From positions 608,001 to 672,000 of the forward strand of contig OY781089.1 in assembly GCA_963676565.1 (NCBI GenBank): a stretch of 64,000 nucleotides of DNA, read 5' to 3'. Shown one piece after another: positions 47,221-58,560 of this stretch. How positions within the stretch are numbered: the stretch's first letter is position 1; each line of letters opens with the position of its first letter. Under the pieces are notes generated by a model. The model did not search any database. It had not been told where the DNA came from and was given only the letters and a program-made list of their open reading frames with translations. The translations under genes and the position numbers were made by a program. Source of the stretch: Halarcobacter sp. (GTDB taxonomy: Bacteria > Campylobacterota > Campylobacteria > Campylobacterales > Arcobacteraceae).

Positions 47221-50061
47221 ATGTTAGAAGGGAAATATCTAGATTTTTTTAATCAAATTTCACAAAAACTAAAAAAAGAGAATATCTTTACAGATAAATT
47301 ACACACTTATGCATATGGTACTGATGCCTCATTTTACAGACTAACTCCTAAAATTGTTATCAAAACTGATAATGCCGATGAGGTGGCGACAATTTTAGAA
47401 TTAGCACATGAAATGGAATTAAGTTCTACTTTTAGAGCAGCAGGAACTTCTCTATCAGGTCAAGCAATTTCAGATTCAATTTTAATTGTTACTTCAAGAA
47501 ATTTTAGAGACTTTAGAGTTTCAGATGATAAATCTTTAATCTCATTAGAACCAGGTTTAACTGGTCTTGAAGCAAATAATATCTTAGCACCATTTGGTAA
47601 AAAAATTGGTCCAGATCCAGCTTCAATTAATGCAGCGATGATTGGTGGAATTGCCGCAAACAATGCATCTGGTATGTGTTGTGGTATTTCACAAAACTCA
47701 TACAAGACTTTATCATCAATGAAGCTTATTTTTAAGGATGGTACAAAATTAGACACAGCTGATGAAAATTCAAAGGCAGCATTTAGAAAATCCCATGGAG
47801 ACTTTCTAAAAGGTTTAAAACAAATTGCAAGTGATACTGTAAATGATGAGGTTTTAAGAGCTAAAATTGAAAAGAAATTTAAAATCAAAAATACATGTGG
47901 GTACTCTTTAAATGCATTAATTGATTTTGAAGATGAATTTGAAATCTTACAACACTTAATCATTGGAAGTGAAGGTACATTAGCATTTATTGAAGAGATT
48001 ACTTATGAAACAGTTGAAGATTTAAAAGATAAATCAAGTGCATTAATCTATTTTAAAGATGTAGAAGAAGCATGTAATGCTGTTACAAAATTAAAACTTG
48101 CACGTGAAGCAGGAACAATCATTGTTGATGCTGTTGAACTGATGGATAGAGCAGGGCTTAGAAGTATTGAAAATGACCCAGCTATGCCTGAATACATAAA
48201 AGATTTTGACGAAAATGTCACTGCACTTTTAATTGAAACAAGAGCAGTAAGCGATGAAGCTCTTGATGTTCAAATTAAGCAATTAGAAGAGTTATTAGCT
48301 GAGTTTGAAGTAGTAAGAGACATTTACTTCACTAAAGATGTTGCTGAATACACTTTATATTGGAAAATTAGAAAAGGATTATTCCCAGCAGTTGGAGCAG
48401 TTAGAGAGCTTGGAACTACTGTTATTATTGAAGATGTTGCTTACCCTATTGAAAGACTTGCAGAAGCAACTTTAGAGCTTCAAGAATTATTTAAAAAACA
48501 TGGTTACAGTGAAGCACTTATTTTTGGACATGCATTAGAGGGGAATTTTCACTTTGTATTTACTCAAGATTTTTCAATTGAATCAGAGGTAAAAAGATAT
48601 GATGCTTTTATGAATGATGTTGTAAATTCAGTTGCTGTTAAATATGAGGGAAGCTTAAAAGCTGAACACGGTACAGGAAGAAATATGGCAGCTTTCATTG
48701 AAGTAGAGTGGGGTAAAACTGCATATGAAATGATGAAAAGAATTAAAAATCTTTTTGACCCAAAAAATCTATTAAATCCTGGTGTAATTATTAATGATGA
48801 TGCAGAAGCACATTTAAAAAATCTTAAACCTATGGCTGCTACAAATGAATTAGTAGACAAATGTATTGAGTGTGGATTTTGTGAACCAACTTGTCCTTCA
48901 AATGATATTACATTAACTCCAAGACAAAGAATTACAGTAAATAGACTTATTTCTCAACTTGAAGATGATGGGAAATTTGAAGAAGCTAAAGAGTATAAAG
49001 ATTTATACCAATATGATGGAGTTGATACTTGTGCCGCATGTTCACTATGTGCAACTGCTTGCCCTGTTAAAATTGATACAGGAGCATTAACAAAACATCT
49101 AAGATATGAACAAATTAGTCCTAGAGCAAACTCTATTGCTACAAAAATTGCAAACAATTATGCCTCAACATTAAGTGGTATGAGATTTGGTTTAGGAGGA
49201 GCAAACTTAGTTCATAAAATTTTAGGAACTGCTTCTATGGGTTCTCTTACATCAACTTTTAGAGATTGGTCAGGAGGAGCAATTCCAAAATGGTCACCAT
49301 ATCTACCAAAGGCTACCAATATTGATATTACATTTGAACAAAAATCAAGTGATAAAAAGATTGTTTATTTCCCATCTTGTTTAGCAAGGTCTATGGGTAG
49401 AAGTAGCGAAAGTAGCGTAGAAGAAGAACTATTTGATGTAACAGTTAGAGTTCTTAAAAAAGCTGGTTTTCAAATTTTATTCCCTGATAATTTAAGTGAG
49501 CTTTGTTGTGGTACCCCTTTTGCTTCAAAAGGATTTAAAGAACAAGAGAAAATGAAATCTGATGAATTAGAAAAAGAGTTATTAAAAATCACAAATAATG
49601 GTGAAATTCCAGTACTTTGTGAAACAGGTACTTGTACTAAGAAGATGCTTGATAATTTCTCTTCAGATATGAAAATCTATGAACCAATTGATTTCTCACT
49701 TGAGTATTTAGTTGATGCTTTAGAGTTTGAAAAAATTGATGACCCAATCACGATTCACACAAACTGTACAACAAGAAAAATGGGATTACATGAAAACTTT
49801 GTAAAATTAGCTAGCATGTGTGCTAAAAAAGTTATTGTTCCTGAAAATGTAAAATGTTGTGGATTTGCAGGGGATAGAGGTTTTAATTTCCCAGAATTAA
49901 ATAAATCAGCTTTAAGATTTTTAAAAGATGATATAAAAGATGCAAAATTTGCATTCTCTACGTCTAAGACTTGTGAAATTGGTCTTAGTGAATACTCAGG
50001 ATTAGATTACAACTCAATTTTCTATCTAATTGATAGAACTTCAAAAGCTAAAAACATCTAA
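47221..50061 (+). CDS. FAD- and Fe-S-containing D-lactate dehydrogenase (Dld-II-like)
   Basis: FRAAGTSLSGQ, GSEGTL, KAEHGTG, CIECGFCE, CCG domains; lactate gene context. Confidence 0.85.
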   Translation: MLEGKYLDFFNQISQKLKKENIFTDKLHTYAYGTDASFYRLTPKIVIKTDNADEVATILELAHEMELSSTFRAAGTSLSGQAISDSILIVTSRNFRDFRVSDDKSLISLEPGLTGLEANNILAPFGKKIGPDPASINAAMIGGIAANNASGMCCGISQNSYKTLSSMKLIFKDGTKLDTADENSKAAFRKSHGDFLKGLKQIASDTVNDEVLRAKIEKKFKIKNTCGYSLNALIDFEDEFEILQHLIIGSEGTLAFIEEITYETVEDLKDKSSALIYFKDVEEACNAVTKLKLAREAGTIIVDAVELMDRAGLRSIENDPAMPEYIKDFDENVTALLIETRAVSDEALDVQIKQLEELLAEFEVVRDIYFTKDVAEYTLYWKIRKGLFPAVGAVRELGTTVIIEDVAYPIERLAEATLELQELFKKHGYSEALIFGHALEGNFHFVFTQDFSIESEVKRYDAFMNDVVNSVAVKYEGSLKAEHGTGRNMAAFIEVEWGKTAYEMMKRIKNLFDPKNLLNPGVIINDDAEAHLKNLKPMAATNELVDKCIECGFCEPTCPSNDITLTPRQRITVNRLISQLEDDGKFEEAKEYKDLYQYDGVDTCAACSLCATACPVKIDTGALTKHLRYEQISPRANSIATKIANNYASTLSGMRFGLGGANLVHKILGTASMGSLTSTFRDWSGGAIPKWSPYLPKATNIDITFEQKSSDKKIVYFPSCLARSMGRSSESSVEEELFDVTVRVLKKAGFQILFPDNLSELCCGTPFASKGFKEQEKMKSDELEKELLKITNNGEIPVLCETGTCTKKMLDNFSSDMKIYEPIDFSLEYLVDALEFEKIDDPITIHTNCTTRKMGLHENFVKLASMCAKKVIVPENVKCCGFAGDRGFNFPELNKSALRFLKDDIKDAKFAFSTSKTCEIGLSEYSGLDYNSIFYLIDRTSKAKNI

Positions 50062-50131
50062 TCTTTTTTTGGACAAAACAGATATTTACCTTTTCTTTGG
50101 TAAAATATCTGTTTTTAAGAAAAAGGATAAA

Positions 50132-50986
50132 ATGATGAAACAATATGGAATTCTGTCAACAGGTAAAAAAGTATTTTTTACTCTTCTTTTAACTTCAAGT
50201 GTTGCATTTGCAGGGATGATAGATGCGATAGCTTTAGTTGTAAATGATACACCAATCACTCTTTACGATATTGAAAAAAGGAAAGTTGAACGAAACATTC
50301 CAAAGGAAGAAGCAGTTAGTCAATTAGTTGATGAAGCTTTATTTCAAGAATTAGTTCAAAAAAACAATATAACAGCTGACATTTTTGATGTTAATAATTA
50401 TTTAGAGAAGATTGCAGCTTCAAATGGTATGGACCTATATACATTCAAATCAATAATTAAACAAAAATATAAAAACTATGAAGCTTATGAAGAACAAATA
50501 AAACAGCAAATTATTAGAGAAAAACTAACTCAAAAATTAGTTAGAGGAAATATAAAAATAGCTACTGAAGAGGATTTAAAAATCTATTATGAAAATAATC
50601 AAAATCAATTTAAAGCAGCTTCAAATGTAAAAGCAGTTCAATATGCTTCTGCAAATAAAGCAGATTTGATTAAAGTTACTCAAAACCCAATGGTAAATAT
50701 CCCAGGGGTTACTAGAGCACCAATTGATTTAGACCAAACAACTTTAAATCCACAATTAAGATATGTGATTAATGAAACAAAGATAAACCAATTTACACCA
50801 ATTTTTACATCAAATAAACAATTTGTTACATTAATGATTGTTCAAAAAGAGAATCAACAAACAATAGCTTTTGAAAATGTAAAAGATAGAATTTTTAACA
50901 TAATTATGCAAGATAGAGAAAAAACATATTTAAAAGATTATTTTGAGAAATTAAAACTATCTGCAGATATAAAAATAGTAAGGTAG
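50132..50986 (+). CDS. SurA-like periplasmic chaperone/PPIase; probable start 50132
   Basis: Signal peptide; [25 protein letters not shown]. Confidence 0.8.
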   Translation: MMKQYGILSTGKKVFFTLLLTSSVAFAGMIDAIALVVNDTPITLYDIEKRKVERNIPKEEAVSQLVDEALFQELVQKNNITADIFDVNNYLEKIAASNGMDLYTFKSIIKQKYKNYEAYEEQIKQQIIREKLTQKLVRGNIKIATEEDLKIYYENNQNQFKAASNVKAVQYASANKADLIKVTQNPMVNIPGVTRAPIDLDQTTLNPQLRYVINETKINQFTPIFTSNKQFVTLMIVQKENQQTIAFENVKDRIFNIIMQDREKTYLKDYFEKLKLSADIKIVR

Positions 50987-50993
50987 AGGAGAG

Positions 50994-52427
50994 ATGTCAT
51001 CAATGTTTGAAGTTATTATTGGATTAGAAGTACATGTACAGTTAAATACAAAATCAAAACTTTTTTGTTCTTGTGCAACGAGTTTTGGGGAAGAGCCTAA
51101 TACAAATGTTTGTCCAACATGTTTAGGTCTTCCAGGAGCTTTACCTGTATTAAATAAAGAAGCAGTACATAAAGCAATTATGCTTGGAACTGCCCTTAAA
51201 TCACAAATTAATAAAAAATCAATTTTTAATAGAAAAAACTACTTTTATCCAGATTTACCAAATGGATATCAAATTTCACAATTTGAAGTACCAGTAGTAG
51301 GTCTTGGTGAACTAGTTATTGATTTTGAAGATGGAACTTCTAAAACAATAGGTGTAACTAGAGCACACTTAGAAAATGATGCAGGTAAAAATATCCATGC
51401 TGGAAGCGTTTCACATGTAGATTTAAACAGAGCAGGAACTCCTTTATTAGAAATCGTATCTGAACCAGACATGAGAAATGCAGATGAGGCAATTTTATAT
51501 CTTAAAAAACTTCACTCAATTGTAAGATACTTAGGAATTAGTGATGCAAATATGCAAGAGGGTTCATTTAGATGTGATGTAAATGTTTCTATTAGACCTA
51601 AAGGTGATGATAAACTTTACACTAGATGTGAAATTAAAAATATGAACTCATTTAAATTCATTGAAAAAGCTATTAAATATGAAGTAAATAGACATATTGA
51701 AGCTTGGGAAGATGGAATTCATGATACAGAGATTGTTCAAGAAACAAGACTATTTGATCCTGATTCTGGTGAAACTAGATCTATGAGAGGTAAAGAAGAT
51801 GCCGCTGATTATAGATATTTCCCAGATCCAGACCTATTACCATTAATCATTACAGATGAAATGATGGAAAAATATTCACAAATTCCTGAACTTCCAGATG
51901 AGAAAAAAGAGAGATTTGTAAAAGAGTTTGGTCTTAAAGATTATGATGCTTCTGTAATAACTGCTTCTTTAGAGATGGCTAAGTATTTTGATGAGATGAT
52001 GAAAGAGGGTATCTCAGGTAAAAATGCTGCTACATGGCTAACAGTTGAATTGCCAGGAAGATTTAAAGAGGGAGTTTCTATTGAAAATTCTCCTGTTGAA
52101 GCAAAAACATTAGCTACTCTTGTAAAAAGAATAGAAGATGGGACAATATCTGGAAAAGCAGCTAAAGAGGTTTTAGACTATTTAGTTGAAAATGATGTAG
52201 AGGTTGATTCAGTTATTGAAAAACTTGGATTAAAACAAGTATCTGATGATGGAGCTATTTTAGAGATTATTGATGGAATCCTAGCTGCAAATGAAGATAA
52301 AGTTGCTGAGTATAAAGGTGGGAAAGAGAAACTATTTGGATTCTTCGTTGGTCAAACAATGAAAGCTTCTAAAGGTAGTGCAAACCCAGCAAAAGTAAAT
52401 GAATTATTAAAGCAAAGATTATCATAA
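50994..52427 (+). CDS. gatB: Asp/Glu-tRNA amidotransferase subunit B
   Basis: [25 protein letters not shown]. Confidence 0.98.
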   Translation: MSSMFEVIIGLEVHVQLNTKSKLFCSCATSFGEEPNTNVCPTCLGLPGALPVLNKEAVHKAIMLGTALKSQINKKSIFNRKNYFYPDLPNGYQISQFEVPVVGLGELVIDFEDGTSKTIGVTRAHLENDAGKNIHAGSVSHVDLNRAGTPLLEIVSEPDMRNADEAILYLKKLHSIVRYLGISDANMQEGSFRCDVNVSIRPKGDDKLYTRCEIKNMNSFKFIEKAIKYEVNRHIEAWEDGIHDTEIVQETRLFDPDSGETRSMRGKEDAADYRYFPDPDLLPLIITDEMMEKYSQIPELPDEKKERFVKEFGLKDYDASVITASLEMAKYFDEMMKEGISGKNAATWLTVELPGRFKEGVSIENSPVEAKTLATLVKRIEDGTISGKAAKEVLDYLVENDVEVDSVIEKLGLKQVSDDGAILEIIDGILAANEDKVAEYKGGKEKLFGFFVGQTMKASKGSANPAKVNELLKQRLS

Positions 52428-53327
52428 ATGACTAAAAAAACAATTGCAGTAATTGGAGCAGGGAAGTGGGGTCAAGCCTTACACTTTGCTCTTTCTCAAA
52501 AGCAAGAGTGTCTAATAACTTCAAGAACAAAAAAAGATATTAGAAATTTTGTTGATTTAGATACTGCTTTAAATTGTGAATATTTAGTTATTGCAATTCC
52601 TGCACAACAAATAAAACAATGGTTAAAAGACAACTTCATATATAAAGGTCAAAAAGTTTTAGTAGCTTCTAAAGGTATAGAAGCTACTAGTGGGCAGTTT
52701 TTAAATGAGATTTATGAAGAGTTTGTACCTTCAAAAAATGTTGGTTTTATCTCAGGTCCTTCTTTTGCAACTGAAGTTATAAAAGCTCTTCCTGCTGCTA
52801 TTGTTATAAATTCTAAATCAAAAAAACTTTATAATGAATTTGAGCCTTTTTTCCCAAACTTTTTGAAAGTATATTATTCAAAGGATGTAATTGGAGCTGA
52901 AGTTTCAGGAGCATATAAAAACGTTCTTGCAATAGCAAGTGGTATTTGTGCTGGATTAAATCTTGGGAATAATGCAAGGGCATCATTAATCTCTAGAGGT
53001 TTAGTGGAGATGCAAAGGTTTGGAAAACATTTTGGGGCTAAAAAATCTAGCTTTATTGGACTTTCAGGAGCTGGAGATTTATTTTTAACTGCAAGTAGTA
53101 CATTAAGTAGAAATTACAGAGTTGGACTTGGACTTGCCGAGGGTAAATCACTTGAAGAGATTTTAGAAGAGTTAGGGGAGGTGGCTGAAGGTGTAATGAC
53201 TGCTGAAGCTATAAATAAACTATCTCAAAAACACCAAATTTATACACCTATTGCAAAAGAGGTAAAACTAATCTTAGATGGGAAGAATCCCTTAGATAGT
53301 TTAAAAGATCTACTTAGTTCAAACTAA
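52428..53327 (+). CDS. gpsA: NAD(P)H-dependent glycerol-3-phosphate dehydrogenase
   Basis: GAGKWG, SGPSFA, GDLFLT, SRNY. Confidence 0.95.
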   Translation: MTKKTIAVIGAGKWGQALHFALSQKQECLITSRTKKDIRNFVDLDTALNCEYLVIAIPAQQIKQWLKDNFIYKGQKVLVASKGIEATSGQFLNEIYEEFVPSKNVGFISGPSFATEVIKALPAAIVINSKSKKLYNEFEPFFPNFLKVYYSKDVIGAEVSGAYKNVLAIASGICAGLNLGNNARASLISRGLVEMQRFGKHFGAKKSSFIGLSGAGDLFLTASSTLSRNYRVGLGLAEGKSLEEILEELGEVAEGVMTAEAINKLSQKHQIYTPIAKEVKLILDGKNPLDSLKDLLSSN

Positions 53328-53336
53328 TGATAGTTT

Positions 53337-54035
53337 ATGCAAACAATATCATTCTTTAATCTATCCCTTACCTTTATTCCTCTTATTTTTGTTTGGTATT
53401 TTTATAAAAAATGGACATTTAATAGTGATGAGATATTAATCTCAACACTTAGAATGGTTATCCAGCTAATTGCAATTGGGTACCTTTTAGTTTTTATTTT
53501 TGAAACAAAAAGTATCTATATTGATTTATCTATTATGCTTTTTATGATAAGTATCTCTGCTTGGATTACATTAAGAGTTACAAATAATAAATCCTTAAAA
53601 CATTATGGTCAAATATTCTCTTCTGTAGCTATATCAGGTTTTATAAATCTTGGTATTATAATAATTCTTGTTTTAGAATTAAAGCCACCCTTTGAAGCAA
53701 GATATGTAATTCCAATTGCAGGGATGGTATTTTCAAATGCCATGAACGCTTTATCAATTGCAATTGAAAGGTTCGAAAAAGAGACTCAAAGGGGTGAAGA
53801 GTTTGAAAAAGCAAGGGAAATAGCTTTTAAAGCTTGTATGATACCTCAAATTAATTCCTTACTTGCTGTGGGGCTTGTCTCACTTCCTGGAATGATGACA
53901 GGGCAAATTTTATCTGGAGTAGACCCTTTAATTGCTGTACGGTATCAAATTATGATTATGACTATGATTTTATCAAATGCAGGAATTAGTTCAATAATCT
54001 ATTTCACCCTAAAAAATTCAAAAAAGATTATTTAG
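53337..54035 (+). CDS. UPF0014 (FetB/YbbM-like) ABC permease
   Basis: [22 protein letters not shown]. Confidence 0.88.
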   Translation: MQTISFFNLSLTFIPLIFVWYFYKKWTFNSDEILISTLRMVIQLIAIGYLLVFIFETKSIYIDLSIMLFMISISAWITLRVTNNKSLKHYGQIFSSVAISGFINLGIIIILVLELKPPFEARYVIPIAGMVFSNAMNALSIAIERFEKETQRGEEFEKAREIAFKACMIPQINSLLAVGLVSLPGMMTGQILSGVDPLIAVRYQIMIMTMILSNAGISSIIYFTLKNSKKII

Positions 54036-54381
54036 GGAATTTCTCTTTGTGAATTTCACCCCATAAATACATCTGTTTTAAAATAGGTTTTAAAGTCTCT
54101 CCATATTCTGTTAAAGAGTATTCAACTTTTGGTGGTACCACTGGATAAACTTTCCTATGTACAATTCCATCTTCCTCAAGTTCTCTTAGTTTTTGAATTA
54201 ACATCTTTTGTGTAACTCTTGGTAATAGTTTTTGAAGCTCATTAAATCTTAATGTTTTACTTCTTAAATACCATAAAATTAAGATTTTCCATTTCCCTGC
54301 TAAGATATCAAGTGCAGTTTCAACTGGACATTTTTCAAAATTTTCTTTTATTTCTATTTTTTTTGTCATCATAAACTCCAT
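54028..54381 (-). CDS. HxlR/MarR-DUF24 transcriptional regulator
   Basis: [17 protein letters not shown]. Confidence 0.93.
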   Translation of the reverse strand: MEFMMTKKIEIKENFEKCPVETALDILAGKWKILILWYLRSKTLRFNELQKLLPRVTQKMLIQKLRELEEDGIVHRKVYPVVPPKVEYSLTEYGETLKPILKQMYLWGEIHKEKFPK

Positions 54382-54486
54382 AAAATCACATAGTATACTT
54401 TTTGATAGTACCTGTTTTTTTTGTTAGTACTTGCAATTATATCATATATTTGCTAAACTTTTAAAAAAATTTAAAGGATATTACAA

Positions 54487-55461
54487 ATGAAAGCATATGT
54501 TGTAGAAAAAATAGAAGATAAAAAATTCGATTCAGGTGTTAAAGAAGTAGAAAAACCAACGATTGCAGAGAATGAAGTTCTAATTAAAACAACTTATTCT
54601 TCTTTAAATTATAAAGATGCATTAAGTTCTGTTGGAAACCCAGGTGTTACTAGAGTTTTCCCACATGTTACAGGTATTGATGTAGCTGGTACAATTGAAG
54701 AATCAAACTCAAGTGACTTTGAAGTTGGTGAAAAAGTTTTAGTTACAGGTTATGATTTAGGGATGAATACAGATGGTGGACACTCTGAGTTCGTAAAAGT
54801 TCCAGCTTCATGGGTTGTAAAAATTCCAGAGGGTATTTCAGATAAAGAGATTATGACATATGGAACAGCTGGATTAACAGCGGCACTTTCTGTAAATGAA
54901 CTTTTAAATAATAATGTTACTTCAGGTGAAGTTTTAGTAACTGGAGCAACTGGTGGGGTTGGTTCTATTGCCGTAGCAATTTTAAGTAAATTAGGATTTA
55001 ATGTAACAGCTATCTCAGGAAAAGAGGACAAAATCCCATTTTTAAAAGAGCTTGGAGCTAAAGATGTAATCTTAAGAGCAGATTTTGATGTTGAAAATAA
55101 AAGACCAATGGGAAGTGAAAAATATGATGGAGTTATTGATACAGTTGGTGGAAATATTTTAGCAGAAGCACTTAAAGTGATAAAATATGATGGAGTTGCA
55201 ACTTGTTGTGGTTTAACATCATCACATGCGTTACCAACAAATGTTTTCCCATTTATTTTAAGAGGTGTTAGACTTATTGGTATTGACTCTGTTGAGTGTA
55301 AAATAGAGAAAAAACAAGCTGCATGGGAAAAAGTTGCAGGAGATTTTAAAATAGATACATTAGATGATTTAACAAATGAAATCTCAATTGATGGAATTAA
55401 AGAAGCTTATGAAGCATTATTAGCAGGAAAAGCTGTAGGAAGATTCCTAGTTAAATTTTAA
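54487..55461 (+). CDS. YhdH/AcuI-family quinone or acryloyl-CoA oxidoreductase
   Basis: SSLNYKDAL, GTAGLTA, GATGGVG, PFILRGV. Confidence 0.9.
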   Translation: MKAYVVEKIEDKKFDSGVKEVEKPTIAENEVLIKTTYSSLNYKDALSSVGNPGVTRVFPHVTGIDVAGTIEESNSSDFEVGEKVLVTGYDLGMNTDGGHSEFVKVPASWVVKIPEGISDKEIMTYGTAGLTAALSVNELLNNNVTSGEVLVTGATGGVGSIAVAILSKLGFNVTAISGKEDKIPFLKELGAKDVILRADFDVENKRPMGSEKYDGVIDTVGGNILAEALKVIKYDGVATCCGLTSSHALPTNVFPFILRGVRLIGIDSVECKIEKKQAAWEKVAGDFKIDTLDDLTNEISIDGIKEAYEALLAGKAVGRFLVKF

Positions 55462-56044
55462 AATATTTATCAAAATTTTTTAAAGAGGAAAGATGAATCT
55501 TTAAGTATTCATCTTCAAAATCCTCTTTAAATCTATAAAACTTGTTCCCGTTAATCTCTATTAAAAATTCCAAATTTTCTTCTTTATTAAATTTCTCAAA
55601 ATGAAAATGCATATTTATATATTTGTTTTGATAATCTTCAAAAACTTTATGTTCAAATGATTTTTCTAAGCTACCATTGCTTATTATTTTTTCCCCTTCA
55701 TTTCCAACTGCTGGACACAATAGGTCTATAAAAGGAACATTTGTTAAGTGTGGACTTAAAGGATAAACTTTGCAAACAGAGGGTCTCTTTTCATAAATTG
55801 TGCATTTATTATTTAAAAGATATCTACAACTATCAATACCATTTGTAAGAAGTATTACAGGTTTTATGTAGTTTAAATCCCCTTTCATAAAAACAATTGG
55901 GAATCGTTCAAAAATCTGTTTAAAATCTTCAAGTAAGAGTTGTGAGTAAACTGTCCCATTAAATCCTTTACAACATGCAGCATCACATATATCGCATGAA
56001 GAAAAATAGTATGTTTTATTTAAAGTATTTTCAAAAGTTTTCAT
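55451..56044 (-). CDS. YkgJ-family Cys-cluster protein
   Basis: CDICDAACC; CTIYEKRPSVCKVYP. Confidence 0.85.
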   Translation of the reverse strand: MKTFENTLNKTYYFSSCDICDAACCKGFNGTVYSQLLLEDFKQIFERFPIVFMKGDLNYIKPVILLTNGIDSCRYLLNNKCTIYEKRPSVCKVYPLSPHLTNVPFIDLLCPAVGNEGEKIISNGSLEKSFEHKVFEDYQNKYINMHFHFEKFNKEENLEFLIEINGNKFYRFKEDFEDEYLKIHLSSLKNFDKYFKI

Positions 56045-56046
56045 AA

Positions 56047-56418
56047 TTACTCAATTATACAATTTGCATCTTTTATAATATTTATATCATTTTCCTTTGC
56101 AAACTCTTTTCCCCAATCATGTAATTGTTCTAATATAGGTATTAGCTTTTTGCCATTTACAGTTAATTTATACTCCACTTTTGGTGGAATAACTGGGTAT
56201 ACAATTCTTTCAACTATTCCAACATCCTCTAATTCTCTTAATTGTTGAGTCAACATTTTTTGAGAAATATTGGGTATTAACTTTTTTAGTTCACCATTTC
56301 TTTTGACATCTTTTTTCAATGCCCAAAGAACCATACCTTTCCATTTGCCACCAATCATATCAGTTGCCAATTGAAAAAAACAATTATATTCTTTAGCTTC
56401 CATAACAAACTCCCTCAA
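56047..56418 (-). CDS. HxlR/MarR-DUF24 transcriptional regulator (second paralog)
   Basis: YNCFFQ, GGKWK, PPKVEYKLT. Confidence 0.93.
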   Translation of the reverse strand: MREFVMEAKEYNCFFQLATDMIGGKWKGMVLWALKKDVKRNGELKKLIPNISQKMLTQQLRELEDVGIVERIVYPVIPPKVEYKLTVNGKKLIPILEQLHDWGKEFAKENDINIIKDANCIIE

Positions 56419-56546
56419 TATACATATTTTACATAAAACTTTTTTATAGTTACCTAAAAGTAACTATAATACTATTTGGTATGTACTTGACTTTTGTTCA
56501 CTAATCCGTTAATATTCATGCACAAAAAAATATAAAAGGATATTTA

Positions 56547-56864
56547 ATGGCAGGATATGTTGAATTAACAGCTGATAACTTTGATGCAACTGTAGGAACT
56601 GGTGTTTCTTTAGTTGACTTTTGGGCTCCATGGTGTGGACCTTGTAGAATGATTGCTCCCGTAATTGATGAATTAGCAACTGAGTTTGATGGAAAAGCAA
56701 ACATTTGTAAAGTAAACACAGACGAACAACAAGATTTAGCAGTAAAATATGGTGTTAGATCAGTTCCAACAATTTTATTTATGAAAGATGGAGAAATAGT
56801 TGACCAAGTTATTGGTGCTCAATCAAAACAAGCACTAGCGGATAAAATTAACGCACAACTTTAA
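56547..56864 (+). CDS. trxA: Thioredoxin
   Basis: WCGPC. Confidence 0.97.
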   Translation: MAGYVELTADNFDATVGTGVSLVDFWAPWCGPCRMIAPVIDELATEFDGKANICKVNTDEQQDLAVKYGVRSVPTILFMKDGEIVDQVIGAQSKQALADKINAQL

Positions 56865-56874
56865 TAACACTTTT

Positions 56875-56897
56875 TGGCAGTGAAACATTCACTGCCA
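56875..56897 (+). terminator. Hairpin after trxA
   Basis: TGGCAGTGAA-ACA-TTCACTGCCA followed by CTTT. Confidence 0.65.
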
Positions 56898-56973
56898 CTT
56901 TCAACTAAACTCCCCTTTTCTTAGGCTTTTTTAGATAAAATATTCTCAAATGTAAAGAGTATAGGAAAATTAC

Positions 56974-58206
56974 ATGACACAATTCTTAGAAGAATCAAAA
57001 AAAATCAGTAGAGAAATAGCTACACTTAGTGGTGAAGTAAAGAACAAAGTTCTAAATGAAATGGCTGATGCTCTTATGGATCATTGTGACTTTATAGTAA
57101 GTTGTAATGATAAAGATATGAGCGAAGGAAAACTTAATAACCTTTCAGATGCTTTACTTGATAGATTATATTTAGATGGTGACAGAGTTAAAGGTATGGC
57201 TGATGCAATTAGAGAAATTGCAACACTAAAAGAACCAGTAGGAAGAACACTTGATGGTTGGGTTACTGAAAATGGATTAAATATTCAAAAAGTTTCAATT
57301 CCAATTGGTGTGATTGGAATCATTTATGAAAGTAGACCAAATGTTACTTCTGATACTGCAGCACTGTGTTTTAAAAGTGGTAATGTTTGTGTTTTAAAGG
57401 GTGGAAAAGAAGCTGAACACTCAAACAATGCAATTGCAAATGTTTTAAGACATGTATTAGCTAAAAACAAACTTCCAGAGCAAGCTATTGCACTTTTACC
57501 AGATTCAAGCCGTGAAGGTGTTGCAAACTTAATTAAACAAGATAAGTATGTAGACCTTATTGTACCAAGAGGTGGTGCAGCATTAATTAAATATGTAAGT
57601 GAAAATGCAACTGTGCCAGTTGTAAAACATGATAAAGGTCTTTGTCATATCTATATTGATAAAGATGCAAACCATAAAAAAGCGATTCAAATAGCAATAA
57701 ATGCAAAGGTTCAAAGACCTGGAGTTTGTAATGCTATGGAGACTTTATTAGTTCATAAAGAAGTTGCTGCTTATATTTTACCACCTTTATATGAGGCTTT
57801 TATTGCAGAAGGTACTGAACTTAAAGGTTGTGAAGTAACTAGAGAATATATTGAAATTGATTGTGCTACCCATGAAGATTATGACACTGAGTACTTAGCA
57901 AATATATTAAATATAAAAGTTGTTAAAAATGTAGATGAAGCAATTTTTCATATAGGTAAATATGGTTCAGGTCATTCAGAAGCAATTATTAGTGAAAACT
58001 ACTCAATAGTAAATAAATTTTTAAATGAGGTAGATGCTGCTTGTGTATATGCAAATGCAAGTACAAGGTTTACCGATGGTGGAGCTTTTGGATTAGGAGC
58101 AGAAGTTGGTATCTCAACAAATAAACTTCACTCAAGAGGACCAATGGGAATCAATGATTTAACAACATTTAAATATAAAATTTATGGTCAAGGACAAATA
58201 AGATAA
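56974..58206 (+). CDS. proA: Gamma-glutamyl phosphate reductase
   Basis: IYESRPNV, CNAMET, NASTRFTDG. Confidence 0.97.
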   Translation: MTQFLEESKKISREIATLSGEVKNKVLNEMADALMDHCDFIVSCNDKDMSEGKLNNLSDALLDRLYLDGDRVKGMADAIREIATLKEPVGRTLDGWVTENGLNIQKVSIPIGVIGIIYESRPNVTSDTAALCFKSGNVCVLKGGKEAEHSNNAIANVLRHVLAKNKLPEQAIALLPDSSREGVANLIKQDKYVDLIVPRGGAALIKYVSENATVPVVKHDKGLCHIYIDKDANHKKAIQIAINAKVQRPGVCNAMETLLVHKEVAAYILPPLYEAFIAEGTELKGCEVTREYIEIDCATHEDYDTEYLANILNIKVVKNVDEAIFHIGKYGSGHSEAIISENYSIVNKFLNEVDAACVYANASTRFTDGGAFGLGAEVGISTNKLHSRGPMGINDLTTFKYKIYGQGQIR

Positions 58207-58532
58207 TGTCAAAAAAAATATACTGTATAGCTTCATTTAAAGCAAAAGAGGGGAAAGAACAAGAGCTTTTAGAGATTCTACAAAGTCTTGAACCTCAAAC
58301 AACAAGAGAAGATGGGTGTATTCAATATATTGTTACAAAACATATTGAACATCCAAATGCAATGGGTAAATCATTTCCTATAGTATTTAATGAGATTTGG
58401 GAGTCTAAAGAGGCTTTTGAACTTCATTGCAATAAACCATACATAACTAACTTTTTTGAAGCACAATGTGTTGATAAAAACGGTTTAGTTGAGGATTTTA
58501 ATGTATGTGTTTATAGTGATGAGGTAAACTAA
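58206..58532 (+). CDS. ABM-family putative quinol monooxygenase
   Basis: EDGCIQY, EIWESKEAFELH. Confidence 0.85.
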   Translation: MSKKIYCIASFKAKEGKEQELLEILQSLEPQTTREDGCIQYIVTKHIEHPNAMGKSFPIVFNEIWESKEAFELHCNKPYITNFFEAQCVDKNGLVEDFNVCVYSDEVN

Positions 58533-58552
58533 TGGCATAAGCCATTAGTTTA
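58525..58552. terminator. Bidirectional terminator between convergent genes
   Basis: TAAACTAATGGC-ATAA-GCCATTAGTTTA. Confidence 0.7.
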
Positions 58553-58560
58553 ATCCTAAT

